NCBI GenBank assembly: GCA_963695845.1
Contig: CAVOIA010000006.1
Coordinates: 269,645 to 333,644 of the forward strand
Source: an uncultured delta proteobacterium
GTDB lineage: Bacteria; Desulfobacterota; Desulfobacteria; Desulfobacterales; Desulfosarcinaceae
Length of the DNA stretch: 64,000 bases
Reading direction: 5' to 3'
Shown: one piece after another, positions 48,451 to 58,085 of the stretch
Numbering within the stretch: position 1 is the stretch's first letter
How the letters are laid out: each line of letters begins with the position of its first letter
The notes under the pieces: generated by a model
What the model was told of the DNA's origin: nothing
Databases searched by the model: none
The model's input: only the letters and a program-made list of their open reading frames with translations
Program-made: the position numbers and the translations under genes

Positions 48451-51400
48451 CTAAAAGAGGGCAAGCTGCTCCTGAGCGGGGGTCCGGCTCCGTTGCAGCC
48501 TCGATTCGGAAACGTTTTTCATGGCGCTGTCGATGTCGGCCAGGAATGGTGACCAGCGCCGGAACCGTTTTTGCCCCCTGATATATCTGACGGCCGCCCG
48601 GGTCAACAGCAAATGCGTTTTTGCCCGGGTCAGGGCAACGTAGAAGAGCCGGCGCTCTTCCTCGATATCCGGTAATCGACCCGCGGATCGGAATGGAATC
48701 CAATCCTTTTCGCAACCGGCGATGAAAACCACCGGAAATTCGAGGCCCTTGGCGGCATGCATGGTCATCAGGGAAACCTTTTCAACGCGGTGATCGTAAA
48801 GGTCGGTGTCGCCGGACAAGGCCTGTACGGCCAAAAACCCGGCCGGATCGGTTTGATACCGGGCGTCGTTCAGGCGCAAGGACCGCAACCCCTGTTCGAA
48901 CAAACGGTCGCCGGCATATTTTTCACGCAAGCCGGTCTGGGTGGCGATCCAGTCGACGGCATCCCCGACCGAGCGACGATCCACCTCGCGCCGGAAAGCC
49001 GCAATCCGTCCGGCAAGCTCAACCAGGCGCTGCTGGGCCGACCGAGCCAGGTCCGGAATCGGAAACCGCCGCGCCTGTGTCAGGGATTCCGGCATCGACA
49101 GGTGGTTCGAATAGGCCCATTTTTTAAGCAATTCAAGGCTTTTAACGGAAACCCTGGCCCGTAGCAGGGTCGTGACCTGCTCAAGATCACTGAACAGGCC
49201 CACGCCGTAAAACACCTTGACCGCGGCCAACAAGGCCTGCATGCCCGCATGATCCAGCGTAGCCGTTCGGTCCACCAACTGGCACGGAATACCGGCCTTT
49301 TCCAGGACCGACAGGATCGGCGTTGCTTGGCTTCGCGTCCTGAACAGCACCGCAAAATCACTGAAACTCAACCACGGATGGGTCTCAGCGGCATCCACAA
49401 CACCGGAATCCAGCGACAAAAACCCGGTTCCCCCGACCATGGATTCGATGGTTTTACCAATGGCCACCGCTTCGGATTTTTCGGTGGCCATTGTCATGAC
49501 ATGGATCTGTGGATCTCCCTGCCTACCCGAATGGACCGGCTGGCGCTTGAGTGTGTCGGACAACTCCGGGTTGCGTTGAATCACCTGTGAGGAGACCTCC
49601 AAAATGGTCTGGGTGGACCGATAATTGTTCTTCAGAAAAATCGTCCGCGCATCTTGAAAATCGCGTTGGAACCACTGAAAACATTCCCGGTGGGATCCTC
49701 TGAACGCATAGATGGATTGATCCGGATCACCAATGACGCAAATGTTGCGACACGTGCCGGCCAATAGACGGATCAGCCGGTACTGACCGGCGTTGATATC
49801 CTGATATTCATCGATAAAGATGTGGCTGAAACGACCGGCGTAGCGGTCGCGCATCCTTGGCGACGAGGTCATCAGGCCGGTGGCCCTCACAATCAGATCC
49901 TCGAAATCGACCCGTCGGTTGAGGCGCAGCAGCTGCTCATACACGTCATAACATCGCTTGAAATCGGTTGGCTCATCCGGCAAGGCGCCATCGTCTTGGT
50001 CTGGGTCCACGGCGGCCGCGTTTTGTTTTAACCCAACCAGCCACTCGGTCAGCCGCTCTACGTTGATCGCGGATTGGGGTCCCGATATCCCAGCCATGGC
50101 GACGGCATCGCGGATCAAAGCCCGACGCGACGTCGTGTCCAGGATCAAGAGGCCGTCCTGGCCCGCGGCCTGTTTCAGAATTGTATACCCCAAGGCGTGG
50201 AACGTTCCCACAAAAGGCAACGGGCGGGTCTTGCCCAGGATCGCCGTCAACCGCGAGCGCATTTCAGCGGCGGCCTTGTTGGTAAAGGTGACCGCCAGCA
50301 GGCGGTCGGCAGGCGTGCCCTGTTCGACCAACCGGGCGATCCGAAAGGTCAAGGTACGGGTTTTGCCCGTTCCCGGCCCGGCCACGATCATGAGGGGACC
50401 GTTGCCGTGCTCCACGGCCAACTGCTGCCGCCGATTCAGTTGGATCGGCGGCGGCTGCGATTCGTCCGGGGCGGAGATCACCGCACCCGCCGGCCTGTCA
50501 GGGCGGTTTCGGGTGGTTGTGCAGGCTTCAGCTGAGGTTTCACAACCGACCCGCCTGGCAGCGTCATTGAATCCGCTAAAAAGTGAACGCTGCCCAAACA
50601 GGCGCGCTCTTTCCAGATCGTCAAATATCCGGACCGTTCCAAAATGCCCGTCGTAACCGGGTGAAAACGAAACCTGATCGGCGCGCATGCGGCAGATGGC
50701 TTCGTCCAGGAGCGGCACACCGGCAGAGGCGATCGTCTCGCGGTCGAGACGATGCAGGATATTGAATTCACAGCCAAGCCGTTCCAGCAAAAAACGAACG
50801 GTTCCTTGGACTTTCTTGGATTGGGCACCCACTGACAAAATTTCCGACAGCAGATCGTCCAACGGTATCAGTCGGAAAAAGGGTGCCGGCTGCAGCGGAC
50901 GATACCCCTGGGGGCGTGTGGCCAGTGTTTCCACGCGATGCAACACCCCCAGGGTCAGCGGTTTGCCGCACACCGGACAATTGCCTGAATGGGAGCGAGT
51001 TTGGGCAGGGGTAAACTGAACACCGCACTTGCGGTGTCCGTCCACGTGGTATTTACCCTCCTCGGGAAAGAACTCGAAGGTCCCCGCAAACCGATCGGGA
51101 TCACCGCTGGTGATGGCGGCCCGAATGCCCGCATAGCTCAGCTGGGTCGTGAACAGGTTGGCTTCACGACCCAGCTTGGAGGGCGAATGGGCATCTGAAT
51201 TGGAAATGAGCGTGATCCCGTCCAGGTTGTCGACCCGCCAGTTCATGGCCGGATCGGATGAAAGCCCGGTTTCAGCGGCTACGATGTATGGGCTCAGATC
51301 CTCGAAACAGGCTTGAACCGAGTCGAATCCGGATCTCGATCCAAGCATCGAAAACCACGGTGTCCAGATGTGGGCCGGGACCAACAGGCCGTCTTGACAG

Positions 51401-51870
51401 GTTTCCAATACGATTTCCAGAAGATCGCGAGCATCCAGGCCGAGTATGGGACGGCCATCGGCATTGAGATTGCCGATGGCGTCCAAGCGGTGGTTGAAGC
51501 GTTGCACGCACCGCCGATCAGGGAAAAAAACCAGGTTGTGGTTCTTTCGGGTAGCGCCCTTTTTCTTGTAGATACTGCTTATTTCACAACTGAGCAGGAA
51601 CCGAACCGGCGCCCGGCACGACGGGGGGACGGCCTCGTCACAAGCCGCAGCGATGTCGGACCTAAGCCGATAGAGGCCCGCTTCGGCCGGCTCAAGCTTG
51701 TCGCTGATTTCGCCAAACCACCGCGGGTGCGTAAAATCACCCGTGCCGACCACGGTGATGCCTTTTAATTGCGCCCAAATATAGATATTTTCTAGATCGA
51801 GGGATCGGGCGGTAGCCCGCGAATATTTCGAGTGAATGTGAAGATCTGCTATGAATGGATCCGATTTCAT
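48451..51870 (-). CDS. fusion protein: EndoQ-like PHP-domain nuclease (N-terminal ~420 aa) plus UvrD/PcrA-type superfamily-1 helicase (C-terminal ~660 aa)
   Basis: N-terminus: ADLHIHSKYSRATARSL, GTGDFTHPRW and the Zn-ribbon CPVCGKPLTLGVLHRV. C-terminus: VAGPGTGKTRTL (Walker A), FIDEYQDIN, NYRST, MTMHAAKGLEFPVVFI, LFYVALTRAK. Confidence 0.85.
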   Translation of the reverse strand: MKSDPFIADLHIHSKYSRATARSLDLENIYIWAQLKGITVVGTGDFTHPRWFGEISDKLEPAEAGLYRLRSDIAAACDEAVPPSCRAPVRFLLSCEISSIYKKKGATRKNHNLVFFPDRRCVQRFNHRLDAIGNLNADGRPILGLDARDLLEIVLETCQDGLLVPAHIWTPWFSMLGSRSGFDSVQACFEDLSPYIVAAETGLSSDPAMNWRVDNLDGITLISNSDAHSPSKLGREANLFTTQLSYAGIRAAITSGDPDRFAGTFEFFPEEGKYHVDGHRKCGVQFTPAQTRSHSGNCPVCGKPLTLGVLHRVETLATRPQGYRPLQPAPFFRLIPLDDLLSEILSVGAQSKKVQGTVRFLLERLGCEFNILHRLDRETIASAGVPLLDEAICRMRADQVSFSPGYDGHFGTVRIFDDLERARLFGQRSLFSGFNDAARRVGCETSAEACTTTRNRPDRPAGAVISAPDESQPPPIQLNRRQQLAVEHGNGPLMIVAGPGTGKTRTLTFRIARLVEQGTPADRLLAVTFTNKAAAEMRSRLTAILGKTRPLPFVGTFHALGYTILKQAAGQDGLLILDTTSRRALIRDAVAMAGISGPQSAINVERLTEWLVGLKQNAAAVDPDQDDGALPDEPTDFKRCYDVYEQLLRLNRRVDFEDLIVRATGLMTSSPRMRDRYAGRFSHIFIDEYQDINAGQYRLIRLLAGTCRNICVIGDPDQSIYAFRGSHRECFQWFQRDFQDARTIFLKNNYRSTQTILEVSSQVIQRNPELSDTLKRQPVHSGRQGDPQIHVMTMATEKSEAVAIGKTIESMVGGTGFLSLDSGVVDAAETHPWLSFSDFAVLFRTRSQATPILSVLEKAGIPCQLVDRTATLDHAGMQALLAAVKVFYGVGLFSDLEQVTTLLRARVSVKSLELLKKWAYSNHLSMPESLTQARRFPIPDLARSAQQRLVELAGRIAAFRREVDRRSVGDAVDWIATQTGLREKYAGDRLFEQGLRSLRLNDARYQTDPAGFLAVQALSGDTDLYDHRVEKVSLMTMHAAKGLEFPVVFIAGCEKDWIPFRSAGRLPDIEEERRLFYVALTRAKTHLLLTRAAVRYIRGQKRFRRWSPFLADIDSAMKNVSESRLQRSRTPAQEQLALF

Positions 51871-51991
51871 GGTGGGATGTGCTTTTCCTGGAGACCAATT
51901 ACCAAAAAGAGCTTGATTATTGCCTTAAAAAATTATATATATATTTGTTTTTTTTAATTAAAACTAAAATAGAAAGAAACGGCACCACCTT

Positions 51992-52606
51992 ATGGCCATC
52001 ATGTCCTCGGCAGCATCCATTACTCCCTATCACATCGGTGGAAAACTCCCGGATCCGATCCTGGATACAGTTGCAGCCGGTCTAAAAAAAAATGCCATTG
52101 AAGAGATCGACAACGACGCCTCGGATAAGGCGGTTGGATGGGCGTGCATCGGCGATCCCTTCAGCACCGATTTCGACCGGTCCCCCTTTCTGATGGGAAC
52201 CCATTTGGTGTTTTCCATGCGAATTGACAAAAAAACGATCCCCGCCAAAGTCGTTCAAAAACATTACGCCCTGGAAATGCAAAAGAAACTGACCGAGAGC
52301 GGTCGGGATTATCTGAGCAACACCGAAAAAAAAGAACTCAAGGAGCATGTTGTGCAGGTGTTGAATCTCAGAATACCGGCAACCCCCCACGTTCACGATT
52401 TGATCTGGAACTACGAAGCCGGCACACTCTGGTTTTTCTCCAATTTGAAAGGGGCCAACGAAGAGTTGGAAACGCTGTTCAGCCGCTCTTTCAATCTTAA
52501 ATTGGTGCGCCTGTTCCCTTATACCATGGCAATGCTGACGGCGCCACTGTCAGATGCCGAAAAAGATATCCTGGCCAAACTCACCCCAACCCCATTCACG
52601 GAGTAA
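51992..52606 (+). CDS. RdgC-like (recombination-associated) protein, tentative
   Basis: The pattern GWACIGDPF...LVFSMRIDKKTIPAKVVQKHYALEMQKKL...LSNTEKKELKEHVVQVLNLRIPATP...LWFFSNLKGANEELETLFSRSF aligns by eye with the N-terminal two-thirds of RdgC. Confidence 0.5.
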   Translation: MAIMSSAASITPYHIGGKLPDPILDTVAAGLKKNAIEEIDNDASDKAVGWACIGDPFSTDFDRSPFLMGTHLVFSMRIDKKTIPAKVVQKHYALEMQKKLTESGRDYLSNTEKKELKEHVVQVLNLRIPATPHVHDLIWNYEAGTLWFFSNLKGANEELETLFSRSFNLKLVRLFPYTMAMLTAPLSDAEKDILAKLTPTPFTE

Positions 52607-52616
52607 TCGAAAACCG

Positions 52617-53141
52617 ATGTTAGATGTCGCCGTTGCCTATAACCGCTACCAGTTTATTGGTAATGAATTTTTGACCTGGCTGTGGTTCATGATCGACAGC
52701 CACCCCCACGATTTGAATGCCGTGGTTGCCGACATGACATCGCTTACGGTCGGCAATCGAATCGTGCTCGAAAACACGATCAACGATACCAGCGAGATCA
52801 TCACCATCAAAGGCGACGACGCCGGGTTGGAAGAGGGCATTTTGTCTCTGCGCAAAGGCGCAACGGTAGTCGAACTGAACCTGATCTACAAAGCGCTCAA
52901 TCAGGAGTGGCAATTCACCCTGAAAGGTGAAAACCTGAGTTTCTACGCTCTCAAGGTCCCTCAAACGGGCCCGATCGAAACCGCGCAGGAGATCGAGGGC
53001 ATGATCTTGGAAAAAGCCTATCTGTACGAAAAAGCGGTTGTGCTGGTCGATCATCTGTTTAACTTTTTCCTGAAGCGCCGCTGCGGCGTCCAGTGGCAGC
53101 AGACGATCGTGCCGGAAATTAAAAAATGGATTTACAGCTGA
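52617..53141 (+). CDS. hypothetical protein, possibly a second RdgC-related module
   Basis: 174 aa (MLDVAVAYNRYQFIGNEFLTWLWFMID...) with protein-like composition. It starts 10 nt after the preceding stop. No family is securely recognised. Confidence 0.5.
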   Translation: MLDVAVAYNRYQFIGNEFLTWLWFMIDSHPHDLNAVVADMTSLTVGNRIVLENTINDTSEIITIKGDDAGLEEGILSLRKGATVVELNLIYKALNQEWQFTLKGENLSFYALKVPQTGPIETAQEIEGMILEKAYLYEKAVVLVDHLFNFFLKRRCGVQWQQTIVPEIKKWIYS

Positions 53142-53180
53142 AGCGACGGCAGGCCGGTTCGACCGCCGCCGTTATCAACA

Positions 53181-53363
53181 GTTGGTTATTGAAAGGATGA
53201 CGATAACTCAGCCGTTGTTAACACTGTCGGCCGGCATGTCCATAACGGCAGGCTTTTGAATGGCGAACCGTCCGGTTGTTAACAGCCGGATTTAAAAAAA
53301 TATTAATTAATATCGAAAGGTTGGGTTAGTTATAGATTTATTATCAGCCCTTGTTGAAAGGAT
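53181..53363. promoter_or_regulatory. repeat cluster plus AT-rich DNA upstream of dnaN (candidate DnaA-box/oriC-like or dnaN regulatory region)
   Basis: GTTATCAACA (53181-53190; TTATCAACA is one mismatch from TTATCCACA). GTTGTTAACA occurs twice (53224-53233, 53285-53294) and TTGAAAGGAT twice (53199-53208, 53354-53363). The tract from about 53300 to 53388 is very AT-rich. Confidence 0.35.
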
Positions 53364-53388
53364 TATTTTTAAGTAAAGGAATACTAAT

Positions 53389-54507
53389 ATGAAATTCATT
53401 ATCAACAAATTTCAGATTGTCAGTGTCCTGTCCAAAATTCAGGGGTTGACCGGACGTCGCAGCAACCTGGCCATTACCGAAAATATTTTGATTCGGGCAA
53501 CGACCGACGGCATTCATATGACCGCGACAGACCTGGAGACCGGTTTCGAAGGATTTTATCCGGCCGCCGTGGAAAAAGAGGGTACCGTGGCGGTCAGCGC
53601 TAAAAAATTATACGAGATTCTGCGTGAATTTCCCGCCGAGGATATTCTGATCAACGAGGTCGAAAATCGCTGGATTGAAATCAGCAACCACAAGGTGCAG
53701 TACCATATTGTCGGTATGAATCCGGACGATTTTCCCGAAACGCCGCATATCAGCCAAGTCGACTTTTTTTCCATCGATGCCGGGGCTCTCGAAAAAATGA
53801 TCGAACGCGCCACCATCATCTCGGCAACCGGCGATGAGAAACGGGCCCACATCAACGGGGTCTTTGTCGAACGGACCCATAGCCCGGAAAACAATCGACT
53901 GCGGTTTGTTTCAACCGACGGCAGTCGATTGAATGCCGCGGATCACCTGTACGACGCACCGGATGCAATTCCGGCCGGCGAGGGGGTCCTGGTTCCCAAA
54001 AAAGGGTTGAACGAAGTGGCCAAGTTCCTGGATATCGACGGCGACGTCAAGGTCGGCATCAAGGACAGCAATTTTATCGTCAAAAAGGAACACGAGACCC
54101 TTATCATCCGTCTGCTCGACGGTGAATTTCCCAAGTACGAAGATATTTTAAAAAAAGGAGACATTCACATCATCGAACTGGACAAAATCAAATTTGCAAA
54201 AATGCTCAAGCGCATGTCCATCCTGGCTACCGATAGCTACAAGGGCGCCGTTTTTTCCTTTGAAGACAATAAAATGGTGGTGACGGCCACCAACCCGGAT
54301 TACGGTGAATCCAAGGAAGAGATGGAGATCGAATTTTCAGGCGATGCCATCGAAGCGGCCTTCAACCCCAAATTTTTCACGGACACCCTGGCCGTTATCG
54401 ACGAGGACCAGGTGGTTCTCAATATCAGCGACGGCAATCTGCCCTGTATTGTGCAAGGGGACACGGATCAAACCTTTATCAGCGTTATCATGCCCATGAG
54501 AATATAA
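53389..54507 (+). CDS. dnaN: DNA polymerase III beta sliding clamp
   Basis: 372 aa with full-length DnaN similarity (MKFIINKFQIVSVLSKIQGLTGRRSNLAITENILI...; ...ISVIMPMRI). Confidence 0.97.
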   Translation: MKFIINKFQIVSVLSKIQGLTGRRSNLAITENILIRATTDGIHMTATDLETGFEGFYPAAVEKEGTVAVSAKKLYEILREFPAEDILINEVENRWIEISNHKVQYHIVGMNPDDFPETPHISQVDFFSIDAGALEKMIERATIISATGDEKRAHINGVFVERTHSPENNRLRFVSTDGSRLNAADHLYDAPDAIPAGEGVLVPKKGLNEVAKFLDIDGDVKVGIKDSNFIVKKEHETLIIRLLDGEFPKYEDILKKGDIHIIELDKIKFAKMLKRMSILATDSYKGAVFSFEDNKMVVTATNPDYGESKEEMEIEFSGDAIEAAFNPKFFTDTLAVIDEDQVVLNISDGNLPCIVQGDTDQTFISVIMPMRI

Positions 54508-56904
<2,397 letters not shown>

Positions 56905-56957
56905 CTCGTTTCGATCCAGAAACGGTTGTTTTGCCCGGATTTAATCTCCCAAAAAAT

Positions 56958-56997
56958 GAGACTCCCCGATTATCTCGAAAGAGAATCAGGGAGTCTC
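56958..56997. other. strong hairpin in the gyrB/thyA-like spacer
   Basis: GAGACTCCC (56958-56966) pairs perfectly with GGGAGTCTC (56989-56997), and an inner TCTC-GAAA-GAGA stem-loop lies between them. An A-run lies on the 5' side, so it is terminator-like when read on the minus strand. Confidence 0.5.
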
Positions 56998-57124
56998 AAA
57001 TGGGTGAGCTCATTTAATGATGATCAGGGCATCGGCATCCGAATCGGTTCAGATAAGATCGAGCGGCACAAGCGGTTGCACATCAGCAGCGACATTAAAG
57101 AGCGACTGTTTGATTTCACAATTT

Positions 57125-57148
57125 GGATTGGTTGTCAATCCATTTTTT
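57125..57148 (+). terminator. intrinsic-terminator-like hairpin 40 nt upstream of the thyA-like start
   Basis: GGATTG-gttgt-CAATCC followed by ATTTTTT. Confidence 0.5.
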
Positions 57149-57189
57149 GAATGGGGTTCCTTTAATTTATGCAGTAAGGCGGCCAGACG

Positions 57190-58002
57190 ATGCACATTCA
57201 CCAGATCAATGCCAGGGATCTGCCGGATCTGTGGTTTCAGGCGGTACACGATATACTGGACAGCGGCAAGAAATTCATTGTCGATAAAGGGTCCTACGCC
57301 GGCCAGACCCGGCTCGAATACGATTTTTTTATCGGCAAGATCGCCTACCCCGCCACCGAACCACTGTTGCCTGACATTCCAGCGTCGTGCGGCATTCCCA
57401 ATCCCGTCGAACAGGGCTATATTTACGGTGGCGACGGATACGAGCGCTCCTACGTGGAATACCTGATGACCGGACTGAAGCAGCCAGGCGAATCCTACAC
57501 CTATGGAGAGCGCTTGACCCGCTACCCGGTCACCGGCGACAAATTGAAATGGCTGCGGTCCGGCAATTCCGACATCATCGACGTCATGGACCCCGACGGC
57601 CGGATTCTCTTCGAAGAGGGCCCGCACCTCTATCTCAACCAGATCGAACTGGCCATTGACATCTACAAGCGGCACGGGTTCAGAAACAACCAGATTATTC
57701 TGCAGGTCGGCCACCCAACCGATATGCTGCTGGTCGATCCGCCCTGTTTGAGACACATCGACACCCGCATTCAAGACGATGGTGACGGTCCCGAGTTGCG
57801 CTTCAACATCTATTTTAGATCGTGGGATTTGTGGGGCGGGCTGCCTGCCAATTTAGCCGGCATCGTCGAACTCGGCAAATACATGGCCGGCGAGATCGGC
57901 CTGCCCGAGGATGCGCTGCGGGCCTGGACCGTTGCTTCCAAAGGGCTGCACCTGTACGGGTACGCCGAAGATCTGGCCAAGCTGAGGTGTCTGCGGCAGT
58001 AA
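57190..58002 (+). CDS. thymidylate synthase (ThyA) superfamily protein, divergent archaeal-like type
   Basis: YGERL (compare YGxQWR), LNQIELAI (compare DQI), LVDPPCLRHID (compare the catalytic PCH), YFRSWDLWGGLPANLAGI (compare RSxDxxLGxPFN) and GLHLYGY (compare THLY). Confidence 0.7.
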   Translation: MHIHQINARDLPDLWFQAVHDILDSGKKFIVDKGSYAGQTRLEYDFFIGKIAYPATEPLLPDIPASCGIPNPVEQGYIYGGDGYERSYVEYLMTGLKQPGESYTYGERLTRYPVTGDKLKWLRSGNSDIIDVMDPDGRILFEEGPHLYLNQIELAIDIYKRHGFRNNQIILQVGHPTDMLLVDPPCLRHIDTRIQDDGDGPELRFNIYFRSWDLWGGLPANLAGIVELGKYMAGEIGLPEDALRAWTVASKGLHLYGYAEDLAKLRCLRQ

Positions 58003-58085
58003 TCTGATGGGCTCGTAAAAACACCGATATCTGCATTACGTTTCATCCCTGGTCACTGCGGAGTACCGCCAGTAGGCCTTCTATA

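Noticed and set aside
56926-57150. 74-aa ORF (TTG start) filling the gyrB/thyA-like spacer
   Set aside because: It has no SD, its frame runs straight through two stable hairpins and ends inside the terminator stem, and it matches no recognisable family. I treat the region as RNA structure rather than coding.
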